Translations under genes and position numbers: made by a program
The notes under the pieces: generated by a model
What the model saw: only the letters and a program-made list of their open reading frames with translations
What the model was told of the DNA's origin: nothing
Databases searched by the model: none
Assembly (NCBI GenBank): GCA_964234715.1
Contig: OZ174278.1
Reading direction: 5' to 3' (one strand)
From: Podarcis melisellensis
Taxonomy: Eukaryota
Length of the DNA: 64,000 nt
Shown: in pieces, positions 38,445 through 51,248 of the stretch
How the letters are laid out: each line of letters starts with the position of its first letter
How positions within the stretch are numbered: the first letter of the stretch is position 1

Positions 38445-40335
38445 CATTGAGCAACAATTTTTTACTTTTTGAATGTTGTCTAGATTTCTACAACTGATTT
38501 AGGGTATTTTTGCACTGCTGAATCAGGAAATGGCATCTGTTTCTCTCCATCAGGTCAGGTTTACTGTAAACTGAATGGTGGGCATTGATAAAGGTAAGTA
38601 CACATGAATTGCATGTTGCTTCACCATTTTTCAAACTTCAGGGCTTGAACTTCCGTTTCTTGGAACTCCTGGAATGCTCAGCGACAGGGAGGTCTCTCTT
38701 CAGAGTCCAACAGTAGTCAGCCATCATGACTGCATCCCAGCAACCCTGATACCCGGTCTCCATCTCTTTCATGTCCTGATGGAATCTCTTCCCCTGCTCG
38801 TCACTCATTGAACCCAGGTTCTCAGGAAACGGGTCCAGATGTGAAAATAGGTAGTGCATCTTGACGCTCATGTTGCAGCCCAGGTTTCTGAAAGCAGTCA
38901 GCATGTTGTTGACAAGTTCTGCATAGTTTCTGGCCTTATTGTTGCCAAGAAAGTTCTTCACTACCAGAACAAATGCCTTCCATGCTTCCAGTTCCACTTA
39001 GTTCATTGAGTTTCCGAACTCTGGATCTCTGATGAGCTGACGGATCTGAGGACCGTCAAAGATGCCAGCTTTCAACATCTCCATGGTCAATCCTGGAAAA
39101 GCCTGGCACAAGTAAGTGAAGCAGTCACCATCCTTGTCCAGAGCCTTGGTGAACTGCTTGATTAAGCCGAGCTTGATGTGCAGCGGTGGGAAGAGTATTC
39201 TGTCTCTGTCCACCAGAGGGTCGTTGATGACGTTCCTTTCTTTGCAAGGCACCAATTCCTCCCGGACTGTGTAATGCTGAGCACGGCCCCTACTATCCCA
39301 CATGCACAGAAAACATGGGTACTTGGAGAAGCCAGACTGTTGTCCCAACAAAAAATTCACCATCTTCAGGTCAACACAAATAAACCACTTATGCTGATCA
39401 TAACCAATTTTTTCCAGCACATACTTCACCGCTTCATAGTTCTCCTTCAGTGTACTCAAGTGAGCCAGAGGTATAGAGGCAAACTGGTTGCCGTTGTGTA
39501 GCAGAACACATTTCAGTGATCACCTGCTGCTGTCAATGAACAGTCTCCAATCTTTGGGTTCGTACTGTGGCACTCCAAGCTTGAGCAGAAGCTGTGCAAT
39601 ATCTGCACAGTACACCAAGTCCTTCTCTTCCGAGAAAAAACAGAGGTTCTCTTGATGCCTGTTGCGGAAGAAGCTGATGCGAACACTGTCAGAGAGGAGG
39701 TTTTTTCCTTCAATCTGGATGCCAACAGTTCGGCAGAGTCCTTTGACAAGCTGAGGTCACGAACTAGATCATTCAACTCCTTTGGGGAAAATGGATGTGG
39801 AGCATCATCTTCAAGAACCACTTCTTCTTCTTCATGTCCTTCAACACTGGAGGCATCTTTGTCACTAATGTCAGGAAGTTCTCCGAAGATAGGCACTGGA
39901 ATTTCAACACAATGAGCTACAGGACGATGTGCTGATTGAAGACCAGGATACTTGAAGCTGCTCCGGTTCTTTCTGTTGATCCCAGTCACATCAACAGCGC
40001 ACCAATTTATGGAAGATTTCGAGGTTTTATGACTTCAAACTGATCCCTTTTCGACATAATCACCCAGAACTATCGGACCTGAATACTTCTTGTCATTAAA
40101 ATAATCATTTCCAATCAAAACAATTATTCGACATGGCATTTTACCCCCACCAACTTCTTCCAAAATGCTCCACACAAGTGTAAATGTGAAAGAAAATGTA
40201 AAAAAACGACATGTGGCCATAGCTCAAAAACTTGACCTGATTGAGCAAAACCAATGTGATTTTTGGATTCAGCACATCAGATTCGTCCTAAATCAACTGA
40301 AAAAACACAGACAACAAATTTGTTGTTGACCAGTG
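38445..40335 (-). mobile_element. Chapaev3 (CMC superfamily) DNA transposon, internally deleted, 1891 bp
   Basis: Termini cattgagcaacaa / ttgttgaccagtg (CAC..GTG type). 3-bp TSD TTA at 38442-38444 and 40336-40338. Shared subterminal ctgatttagg...tgctgaatc...atcaggtca motifs in inverted orientation. Transposase remnant inside. Confidence 0.9.
38638..40000 (-). pseudogene. Chapaev3-type DDE transposase pseudogene
   Basis: ORFs 39513-39989, 38998-39459 and 38638-38997 join into one protein with ELNDLVRDL.LSK..AELLASRL, WRLFIDSS, ICVDLKMV, KYPCFLCMWDSR, PPLHIKLG, GIFDGPQIR, KMHYLFSH and SDEQG(K)RFHQD. One frameshift near 39700, stops near 39518 and at 38998-39000, and the N-terminus is missing. 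Confidence 0.9.
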
Positions 40336-42169
40336 TTATCTGTTCTAGACAGGGTCACGCATATCCTCAAAGATTTAGTTTGCAGTTTGGTAGTCTCCTG
40401 GGTCCAACTTTGCTGTTGGATTCCAGAGTGGGATTATTATGATGCTTGGTTTAGACCAGCACACTACTTGCACCCCCTTCTGGATAAGAGTGTTTGAAAT
40501 TTGCCAAAATCCGACTTGGAAATTAAACAGGATGCATCAGTGTGGAGCAATACAACCAGGAATTTCCTAGCATGTATTTCAATATACAATTTATCACACC
40601 AAAAAAAAACCACAGTTTTTTTTTTAAAAAAACTTCCTTTAACTGCTTTAATAGCAAAGAGTTCTTAGATCAATGTGTAAGGGTTCCTATTGCCAGAAGC
40701 ATAGATTCAATGATCTAACCTGTCTACATTCCCTATGGAGTTGACTCAGCCTTTTATCTTTCTAAGGTAAATGAGCAGCACTTTGTAATGAGTGGGTGGT
40801 AGTAGCCGCACAAGCTATTGAAATGCATATTGATCTCCTTAGTTCAATTACATATCGACTTGTGCCTCCTGCTGAACAACTCTTCTCTAGCCTATGGGTA
40901 TTCCCTTTGAATAGGTAATTGCTACTAGCAGTTAAAAAAATAATCCCCATTCATGTATAGATTGTACTGGCTACTGCTTTTTGGCCTCTTTATTTGCCAG
41001 GAGCTAGTGAACAAATCAGGACACTTAAGGTGAACATATTACAGGAAGCACAGGGATGTCCCTGTAAATGTAATCCCTTTCTGCAAATGTAATCCCTTTC
41101 ATAAAGTGTAGGCTCACTTAACCAGTGTCATGATGTTATTCACAATTTGCCATTCTCTATCCCCACTCCCAAGACCAGCCTGCCCATGAGGCAAGGTGAA
41201 GTGACTGTCTCAGGTGGCAGGATCCACAGGGGCAGCAGATCCCCAGGTATATCTTAAATTTTCCAGTCTTTCATGGTCAGTGCATGTCACAGATTACATG
41301 AGTCGTGAGCCATAGATGAGGTCTCTGTATTTTTTTATTACCGTTTTTCAAAATGACAACAGTGAAGTGAGTTAGAGGGAAGTCCCTTCTCCCCTAGCAC
41401 TGACTCTATATAAATAAGCCACAATCATAATACAACATAAAATGGTAGTAAAGCTAGTGTTCTGTTATGTAATCCTATAGTATGAAAAAACTATGTTGGT
41501 TTGTCTGACAAATGATATCACTGTAACCTTGGAAGTGATTATAACCAAAGAATAGGATGGGGGGGGGGTGGAAAACATACACACAAAACAGCAGATGCAG
41601 CAGAGGGCAAACATCTACATCAGGGCTTCAATGCATCAATCCTATGCTGTTACACTATGTGCTTATGTTGTGTTGCTAACATTTAAAAATAAAACCTGTC
41701 ATACTGCCAAAAATATACCGGGGGTGGAACTATTCTGTGCTTGATTCTGCTCGACCTATGGTTTCTCTTAATGCTATAAGGAACAATTTTGGAAATCCAT
41801 TCCTCTCAATGGGTGCTCAGAGACCCAGAATGTGGCCAAACACAGATTCCCTGCATCACTGGTGCACACTGAGCCACATCTATCCTGCCCAGCAGTGATG
41901 GAGCCAAGTGTACATGTATCTCTAAAAAGAACTCATGCCCCTAGTGCTACCCAAGCGGCTTGTTTTAAATAAAAAAAGAACTCAGCAAACTGACTGTTTC
42001 CTTTGCCAAATTGATGTGATAGTTCAAGGTCACCTGAATCCCTACTATAGAGGCTGTGTTCATGCAGGAAAGGGAGGAGAGGAAGGCAAAGAGAGAAGAG
42101 TTTGCTCTATTAGAAACAGTACAGAAATCCAGAGATAAAAAAGAAAAACCCACGCAACTCTTTCAAGAT

Positions 42170-42238
42170 AGAATCATAGAAGTGGAGTTGGAACAGATCC
42201 CAAGGATCACCAACCCAACCCCTTGCAATGCAGGAATC
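42170..42238 (-). mobile_element. CR1 3' terminal fragment
   Basis: agaatcatagaa...gagttggaa...ccaaccccttgcaatgcaggaatc. Confidence 0.7.
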
Positions 42239-45200
42239 AAAACAAAGCAAGAAGATTTACTAAGGGTTTCACAAGTATTACCAAACATTCCCACAATGAT
42301 TCCACATACAAGTGTAAGCACACAAGTGTGTACAATAACCCAGACGTTACATGTGAAATAGTTTTGACTACAGCTACATAAGCATGCTTTCAGAAAAGAA
42401 AAGCATAGAATTTGCAATTTCACTAGAATTTCACAGGCAGCAGTAAGATTACCACAGACTATAGATACTTTTATTATAGGTGTTGGCATAAGCAATTAAA
42501 CCATACCAGTGACAACTATTTTAAGGATAGTGATGTTCTCTTACCACAATATTCCAATCGTACCAGAGATAGTATATTTATACCTGTTACAGCATACTGG
42601 TTATGCATAGGGTAAGTTTAAAGGGACAGTCAAATTTCATCACCATTTTCATCAGCGTTGAAAGGCACCTGACTTTTAGGGATTTTTTTGGGTAGTGGTG
42701 GGACTGTGGGATAGCTGCAGTAGTGGACAGAAATGTTCACTTATTCAGGAAACTTCATTTCATTGCTGCTGGTGATATCAGTACATAACCAAATCTGAGC
42801 CGTCCCATAATGCTGTGACAACATTATGCTTACTACGTGATCCTTGATGGGCTAGGATCACCAATATTACAAGTCTCGTCATCACTGTCCTCATTCCGTA
42901 TCAACTCTGTGTGCCTTCTGTGACACTGGGTACCATCTGTGACATTAGCACGCAGCCAAATTTCATTGGCTATTTAGCATTCTATTATCGGCAACAAGGC
43001 AATGGGGGGGGGGGGAAATAGTGAGGTCGGCAAAGTTCACCAGAGCAGGGTTTGAAAAGGAGCTTCAGAGCTCCTTACAAGCCTGCCTCAAAGGAAGCAA
43101 TCATCCTGAATGCTTTGGATTTGATGTGAGAAGGATCCCTAGCTTGGTTCCCACCCTGCCATCCCGATCAGCTCACTCTCTTGCCCCCAAAATGCACCCT
43201 CCCTATACTTTACTTACCCATAAGCAAAGATAATTTTTACTTAACGTTAACAAGATAAAACATAAAAACAAGATAATTGGGTCATTACACACAATAAATT
43301 AAGGAAGCAGAGGCCCTTAAAAAGACCCCTCAAGTCCCAAAGGCCATTGTTCTGTACAACCTGGTTTGCTGCCTGCAGCATCTCATGGATCTGGAATCTC
43401 AGAAATGAGAAAACCTCCCTCCTCACCACATCGTCCCTGTTTGCCCATACAAGGGTAGGGCCTAGCAGAAAGGGGTGACTAGTTTTTTCAGACTAGTTTT
43501 GGAAAGGAACCCTTTTCTTCCCCATTTTTCATGATCTTTTTCTTTCTTCCCCATTTCTAGGTCAATCTGAAGATAGTGCAGGCATTCACCAATCTCCACT
43601 AAAAGTATAGTTTAGAATTTCTGGAAGGAAAGTACTTAATGTCAGGTGGAATATCTACACCATACATGCTTGTACTTCCCACAGTGACTGGTGCAGAAAT
43701 ACCACAAACACCTTGCTTTGATGCTCACATAATTTCCACTTTAACTAAAGGTGGCAGCATGTGTGTCAGGGGTGGGGGGGGAGAGTGCGTCTTTTCATAA
43801 GAGTAACAGGATGGTTAAAAGACAATAACTAGTCTATGTTAACTGGACCTGAACATGTGCTCTAAAGAGAATAACATGTGGGTAGCAATTTATAACAACA
43901 TTGGCACTAATTCATCAAAGCTGGTATTTAACAGGCAATGCTTTGAGATCCACCTCAGTTAAGTTCGGGTACATGCAGTGTGACTAAATGGAAAATAAAG
44001 GGTTATATTCATTATATGCAGCAGTCACATCCTTCTTTTAATTAATAGCCTTGTAATTGGTATTGACTTTAACAGACTGATGACAGTCTTATGATGATCC
44101 ATTCCCAGCTCAGCTCCCTACCCATCTGCCCTCAGGTCAGGAACAAAGTGAACTCCATTATGTGGAACCAACTCCCCCGCCTGTACCAATCTCATTTCTG
44201 GACCACGTCGAGGTCATCACAGGCAAGAAAACTACAGAAACAGAATCCTGCCACCCATAGCTTTCAACAACAAAAAAAGCAAACCAATGAACACAATCCA
44301 CAAAACGGTTGTTGATGGTAACCCAGACATCCTGGATTTGGTAACCAAATCAGCACATGTGCTATGATTATTTTGTTTTTAATCATTTTGCCCCAATTCA
44401 GTCCAAACTTGATAGCACCAAGCCTTTTGATGAAGTATAAATCAGCAGTTTCGTGTTACAGTCTCCTTTTACATTTCCTCTGCCCCCCCCCCAATAAGTA
44501 TGGAAAATTTAAGGTCATTTACAGAGTGTTCTGGGAGGCTGAAATGTCCCCCTACTGGTTTTTGAAGTTGCCATTTCAATATTGACACAAGACGCTTTGT
44601 TGATTTTGCTGCCACACATGGGAGAATCTATCAGACCTTGGACAGAGACGCACATACACTAGCTAAAGAGAGCGAACTGATGTGAGGTGTCTGCGTACCT
44701 GTGAAGGAACTAAAGGGGCAATTTCGAGACTCAGACAGATTTAAAGAGATGTAAACTAAAACCTGAAAGCATCTTGTTGGGCAAGATGTCCCTCCCCAGA
44801 GAGCTGATGGAAGAAGGAAGATCCGATGGGCTGTTGTTGTTAAGTTGAGCTATACTAGGCCAGGCCTGCAAATTCACCATACCCATTTCACCAAATTCAC
44901 CATTTATGATATTATATGCACACAGTAGAGCAGCCATGATGGATCAAAATGGATGACATTAGGCCATGTCTGTGTCTCTGCTTGGATATCGGTACACTGT
45001 TGCTTGAGGTAAGACAAATGAAGATCTTGGCATCATGATTAGAGTAACAGAAAAACAGGAATAAATCCAGAATAAAGGTGACAGCATGACATGTTTTGAA
45101 AAACCAATGCTGGAGTGTGCCAAAGTGCCCTGCTTTGGGGGCCCAGTTGCTCACTTTTCCCCCCTCACAGAAAAATATTATGGTAATTCATAGTCTATGA

Positions 45201-46463
45201 CAACTAAGGTCTGCCCATATAGATAATGGAATTAATGGGAAAGGCTACCCCCACCCCAGTCCAGTTGCTAATCAATATAAAAGGCAAATTCATTTTTTGT
45301 TTTTGTTTTTTGTTAGTTCTTCTTGAGGGTTGCATAGTCCCACCCCCTTCTTTCCTGCTACCTGCTTTCTGCCTTGTTTTACACATTTTGCTCAAACTGA
45401 GGACTATAGAGCCTACCCTACTGCCCTAAATTGGTAACTGAATTTTATTGATGTGCAAGAGAACTTAGAATTGTATGTTAATTTGATGGTCTGGAGGGAA
45501 TTAGGATATTATTTTATTTACTGTGACTGTTTGCTTTGTCGGTGCTATTTATTAGTACATATGCACATACTGTAATATCTAATTGCTTTAGGTTGCTTTA
45601 AATTCAATCATATATAAGTTGCTTTGTTTTGAAATATTCTACCTTATCTTGGGTTATTTCCTATAAATTCAGTATAATCTGTTTTATTTTCTACGTAAAT
45701 TCTATTGACTTTCATAATTCCATTTATTAACATTTAATAATACCATTAAGCTTTGTACACTTGTAAACCAAGTGATTTGTTTCAGTTACAATTTTCTGTA
45801 TGGTTTTTATTGTGCAAGCCTTACTCCCTGTTCCACAAGGTTGCTGCTGAGCAAACTCAAACCTTGATTGGAATCCAATGAATGTTAGTGCATTGGCTAG
45901 GATTTAGCACAATATGTGCTGGTGTTGACTGGATCTCCACATTAACAGAGGTTTGTGTGCATGCACACATTGCTTATCTCCACTACTTGTACATTTGGAA
46001 ATAAACCAAATGCTGCAAGACTGCCAGAAATCTTCAGTCCTCTTTCCTTTAAAAGACGACAAACCAAGGTGCCCCTGCCCCTGGAACTTCTCATCACAAC
46101 AGTAATCTGTCCCAGAAGCACCCTAACATCACTTAATAATGTTTAAGAATCAGGAAGTGAACATCATAAAAACCCTAATTACAGATTATTCAGAAGATGT
46201 TTCATTCAGTTTCATTAAACAGGAAGATAAAAAGTAGTGATCTCCCCACCTTCTACCCCCAGTTTCCCAGCCAGTGTTCAAAAGCAGAAGGGAAATTAGT
46301 CCTTAAAATCAGAGTTTATAATTTTGAAAAGACTACATGTTAATTACACTGGGAAAAGAGATGCAGACTATTATGCAATTTTGCTTTTGCTTCCAGAAAC
46401 ATTAAGAAATAAATCCTTTTCAACAAGATCATATGGTTGTCAGTTACCCAAAGATCATATAAA

Positions 46464-46496
<33 letters not shown>
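46464..46496. repeat. (TTG)n microsatellite
   Basis: About 11 tandem ttg units. Confidence 0.95.
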
Positions 46497-46769
46497 AATC
46501 TGAGATAAGACACAAGCTTTGAGATGAGACACAACCCTCCATGCAACAACATATATTCATCTCACATATAAAGTTAAGGTACAGCACTGAAGTTCCAACT
46601 GAATCCATTCTTATGCATTTGAAAATATTGATTTCTGCTTGCAGACGTTCATGCCATATTAAACCAATTTCCAAGGTACCACAGTACTCTTTGATTTTCG
46701 ATCAGGATTACTAACATGTCCCTAGCTGAGAAAAGCTGTGAACAAGGAGCCAAAATGCCTGTACAATTC

Positions 46770-47504
46770 ATGGTGTGGAGTGCCTTCCATCAGCTTTGGC
46801 TGGTGGCCCAGCTATACCCCAATCTGGACAGGGATAGGCTAACTATTGTTGTCTACGATCTGGTAACTTCTAGGTTAGATTACAGCAACATCTTATATGT
46901 GGAGCTGCCTCTGAAGATGGTTTGGAAACTTCAGTTGGTGCAGAATTTGGCAGCCAAGTAGCAACCGAGGCAAAACAGTTTGAACATATTACATTGATCC
47001 TGGCCCAACTGCACTGGCTGCTAATTCATTTCTGGGCCCAATTAAAATTGGTAGATTTGATCTATAAAGCCTTAAACAGCTCAGAACCACAATACCTCAA
47101 GGACTGCTTCTTCTCATATGATGCAACCTAGATCATGCAACCATAATCTGAGGTCCTTCATTGTGTGCCTCCTCACAAGAGGTCTGGAGGATGGTAACAC
47201 AAGAATGAGCCTCTAATGCAGTGGCTCCCGACTTGTGGAATGCTATTCCCAGGGATGTTCACCTGGTGTCTTCATTACTGTACATATCTTTAGGAGCCAG
47301 GCAAAAACGTTTCTCTATAACCAGGCCTTTGATGAATTAACATTCTATGGTCTTTTAAATGTGTTTGTGGGAGGAGGTTTATTGTATATTTTTTTTAATT
47401 GTGTATTTTGTGTTTTTATTTTGTATTTCTATGTTGTGAACCACCCTGTGATCTTCAAATGAAGGGTGGATGAAGAGCAGTATGCTTATTTAATAAATAA
47501 TAAT
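46770..47504 (+). mobile_element. L2 LINE 3' portion (ORF2 C-terminus and UTR)
   Basis: SAFHQLWLVAQL..LVTSRLDYSNILYVELPLKMVWKLQLVQN, EHIT.IL.QLHWL and AVAP.LWN. Ends in a (taa/taaa)n tail. Confidence 0.92.
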
Positions 47505-47518
47505 ATAGTGTTTTCTGT

Positions 47519-47880
47519 GATGCGAGTGGCGCTGTGATCTAAACCACTGAGCCCAGGGCTTGCTGATTGGAAGGTCAGCGGTTCAAATCCCCATGACGGG
47601 GTGAGCTCCCATTGCTCAGTCCTAACTCCTGCCAACCTAGCGGCTTGAAAGCACTTCAAAGTGCAAGTAGATAAATAGGTACCGCTCCGGCAGAAAGGTA
47701 AACGGCATTTCCGTGCACTGCTCTGGTTTCGCCAGAAGCAGCTTAGTCATGCTGGCCACATGACCCGGAAAAACTGTCTGTGGACAAACATCGGCTCCCT
47801 TGGCCAGTAAAGTGAGATGAGCGCCGCAACCCCAGAGTTGTTCATGACTAGACTTAACTGTCAGGGGTCCGTTACGTCTT
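47519..47880 (+). mobile_element. Full-length Sauria SINE (Squam1, lacertid type)
   Basis: gtggcgctgtg (A box), ggttcaaatcc (B box), gtagataaataggtaccgct and gtcatgctggccacatgacccgg. 14-bp TSD taatatagtgtttt at 47501-47514 and 47888-47901. Confidence 0.95.
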
Positions 47881-49441
47881 CTTTTTTTAATATAGTGTTT
47901 TGCCTCATAGCCCTGAATACTCTTAATTCACTGATGAGCAGATAAGGCACTAAAAACAATTAACCAAAAAAACCCCAACAGTTTGGCTTTAAAGGAAACT
48001 AATTTTGGTTGCTAAGTGACTACAATAACTTTTACCTATCATATCATGTGTAAACACCCACGCATAGGCAAGGGAGGAAATTGCCGGCTTTGGGCATTTG
48101 GAGTCTAAACAACATGATTGTTCTATATTTGTAGGGAATTTTAATGGTGATTCCAGCAGAAGCTTAATGCTATAGCAGTCAATAATTTGTGAAACCCTTG
48201 GCCTAAAGAAAGAAAATGGGAACACTCTGGCTGCTTTCAAGAGATCAGAACATCATCTGAATGTGTAATAATTTAGGAGTATGGTGTTACAAATATTCCA
48301 ATGACAGCCAGCTATCTCCCCCCCCCCACCCCTAGTAACATCAGATACAGGAGCAGCTGCTTTGGTTCTTAAGCAGTGCTTGGGAGACACAGTGAGGATG
48401 GATGATGAGAGTTAACAGGCTGAAACTGAAACTCACAACGCAGAATTGGTGGTTACTGCAGTTGAGCAGACATCTATTGATGGAGCCTGCCCTGCAGCAG
48501 TCAATAAAGTTTGCAGCCCAGTAACTGTGCTTGACACTACCCAATTTCTAAACACATAAGATATGGCAAAAGCCAAGTCTGCATTTTATCACCTTTCCAA
48601 CTTGCATTCAGTAATTGTAGCTTTTCCTGGAGAGACAGAATATGATGGCAACGTTGATCAGTGACTGAGCCCTATAACAGTCAGCATGTGTTTCTACGCC
48701 CCCCCCCCCGCAAAGCTTGACTGTTGTAGGCTGATCTACACAGGCCTGCTTTTGAAGATGCTCCAAGACAGAATGTGAGATTGCTCAACATCAGTTCTGT
48801 CTGATCTGCACTAGCCACTTCCTGTGCCCTCATTTGTTTGCCTTACAGGTATATCATCAGCCTGTGCAAGGATGAGAGTTACCTTTGCAAAAACAATTCA
48901 TCCTCTAGAACTACCTGCTTAGCAAAGCCAGCAGATATTTGACATTCCTAAGCTTTATGGGAAAGTGTTTTGTTTGCTTGTTTCAAAAACCATTTAATTT
49001 CCCACCATTTTAAAACTACATCCATTAACAACAGTGTTGTCTGGTCTTCTTTTCAACGTTCTTCCTCGTATGCCTGTTTTAGACTTTCATTCTATTTCCC
49101 TTTCTTCTTTGATTCCATCAGCATCTAGCCACTCTGCAGCTTCACAGAAGGAGAGGGCATTCAAGACTCATTCCATCGGCCTATCTGAGCCAATTGCCAC
49201 CCAGTAGCCTGCCTCCCCTCGCATCAGGCTCTATCAGTAGCCAGTCACTCTGCAGCAAAATGAGGGAGAATACATGTACCATGGGCCTCCTTTGACCCAT
49301 TCATGTTTTATGTTTCTTTTGTTAACTTTCTTGATTTCCTTTCTTTTTAAGCAGGAAAATAACATGTGCTTTTGTAATAAGCTTTGCTTATTTTGCATGG
49401 TGGTGATGGTGGTGGTGATTAGCAGGTTGTGATAGGGGAAC

Positions 49442-49830
49442 CAGGGGCGTCTTACCCATAGAGGCTAGTGGCGCGAGGGGCCAGGGTGCTAAATTCTGGA
49501 GGGCACCAGGGAAGAGGCGGAGGCTGGACGTGACGCCTCCTGCCATCAGCTTGCTGCTCTCGTCCACCTCTGCCATGCGAAGCAGTGCCGCACCTGGAGC
49601 CTCCGTCTGCTGTGGCCACTGCGGCACGAAGCGGCCAGCTGAGCCAGGAGGCGCTGCGGCCAGCCTCCGCCTCTTGCCCGCTGGAGGAGCTGCCCTCCAG
49701 CCGCTGCCCATCTCTTCCAGCCCCGCCGGCAGCGCCGTCCTCCCGTAAAAACTCTGGGAAATGGGGGGGGGGGTGGAGTGCCGGAGAGAGTTTTTGTACC
49801 ACAGCACCAGATATGTTTAAGATGGCCCTG
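49442..49830. mobile_element. GC/CpG-rich hAT MITE (389 bp)
   Basis: Termini caggggcgtctta / taagatggccctg. Perfect 8-bp TSD aggggaac at 49434-49441 and 49831-49838. Confidence 0.9.
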
Positions 49831-51068
49831 AGGGGAACATTTAAAAAGTATGATGTGATCCCAAGACTTTTCATCTACAGCAGAATGAGATGGTCAAGTA
49901 GCTGTAGTTGCAGAAAGGCTTGTTCTCTCGGCAGGAGCTGACTGTACCAACTGAGAACCAGGGTGGGGTGTGATGGACTCCATTAACCTCCCCTAGGGGT
50001 ACCTTCTCTGTTGCACTGAACTGCAAACAAGGAATGGATCATACCAAATAAACTAATGGGATCCTGAAAATATCAAAAGGCAATTTGCTGAAGGAGTGAG
50101 ACCAGTTATCCCACCTGTTCTGTCTACTTGAAATGATCTTCACATTGACTGAAGACAAATGACTATCAAATGCCCTTGGGTCATTTTTTTCCATTTGTAC
50201 TGCTCAGAGAACTCGCCAGTTCATGCATGCTAGGCTGACATGGATCCCCACCTTTACTACTGCCAGAGTCAAAGCGTCTTTGAAATGCGAAAGATGTGGG
50301 CTAAGTAGGAGAGAGTAATCCAACACTGCTCCTCAGAATAGACATATCCTCCACTTTTGTAACTGTATCCCTGTGAGACTGAGGATGGAGGCACCAAACT
50401 TGTCATATCTTTAAAAGAGGAACATCTCAAGACTCCGAAGCTTAACTCTGTCTGAGAACCAACTGCTGAAGGAACTCTTTCCCCATCAAGAATAATCAGT
50501 GACAGACCTCATAAAACTCTGCAACAGGTGGGGAAGCAAGTAGCACACGAGAGCCACATTTTGTTGGGTTATTTATACACAGAACAGACACAGTTGCATA
50601 AAACAGGTACCGCAGAAGGGGAGGCATGAAGGACAAGTTGAAAGAATAAGGCTATGCCAATGAAGAAGGAATGAAGTGAGGGGAAAGTGGTGGGCGTGTG
50701 GGTGTTTGTGTGTACAAATATAGGACTGTGAGATGGCTGGCTGATTACTTTGGTGTGTATGCCCTGAAGCAAAGTCTGACTACAATCCTGGATTTTACAA
50801 AAGAATGTTAGTATCTCTTTATAGGAGTTAATGGTTAGAATATGTTGTTTTGATGCAGAGATCTCTCTGGAATGTTTGGAATGGAAAAGCCACCAGTGTC
50901 TTGAGAATGGGGTGGGAGTATATATGTCTCTGTGTAGCAGCAAAATAATTTTTTTGTAGCAAAGAGACAGCAGCAGAGGGAGAATTCTGAACTAAAGCCA
51001 ATTGGAGTGCTAAGAGTCACACACTCTCTCTCTCTGTCTCTGGAGATTTGATGGGAGCTAGCAGATCT

Positions 51069-51248
51069 GCTGCCTTATGCTAAGTCAGACCACTGGTCCA
51101 CCTAGCTTAGTATTGTGTACACTGACGGGCAGCAGCTCTGGAGAGTTTCAGACTGAGGTCTTTCCTAAGCTTTACCTGGAAATGCTGGGGATTGAACTTG
51201 GGACCTTCTACATGCAAAACAAATGTTTTACCCATGAGCTATGACCCT
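51069..51248 (-). mobile_element. Squam3-like SINE, near full length
   Basis: gctgccttat...gtcagaccactggtcca.ctagc..agtattgtgtacactgac...ggggattgaacttgggaccttct.catgcaaa...tgagctatg. Confidence 0.88.

Larger units (their letters stand above)
37761..40500 (+). mobile_element. Old L2 LINE RT region split into three pieces (37761-37863, about 38049-38444, 40339-40500)
   Basis: LITLVDNLYQE..VLLVLLEFS (RT LLDLS region), ctatttaacatcta..tgtcatctgcatgctgatgag (LFNIY..CH.YADD) and aaactgaaatgcaatccaga (KLKLNPD). Continues after 40338 as VLDRV..LK..V.SL. Confidence 0.75.

Noticed and set aside
38638-39989. Three-gene operon or domesticated transposase gene
   Set aside because: The three ORFs are fragments of one transposase broken by a frameshift and stops, with TIRs and TSD still present.
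41062-41100. Short tandem duplication aaatgtaatccctttc x2
   Set aside because: Ordinary slippage duplication with no further structure.
49388-49941. GC-rich ORFs suggesting a first exon or host CpG-island promoter
   Set aside because: The GC-rich part is bounded exactly by TIRs and an 8-bp TSD, so it is a MITE. The ORFs run out into unrelated flanks.
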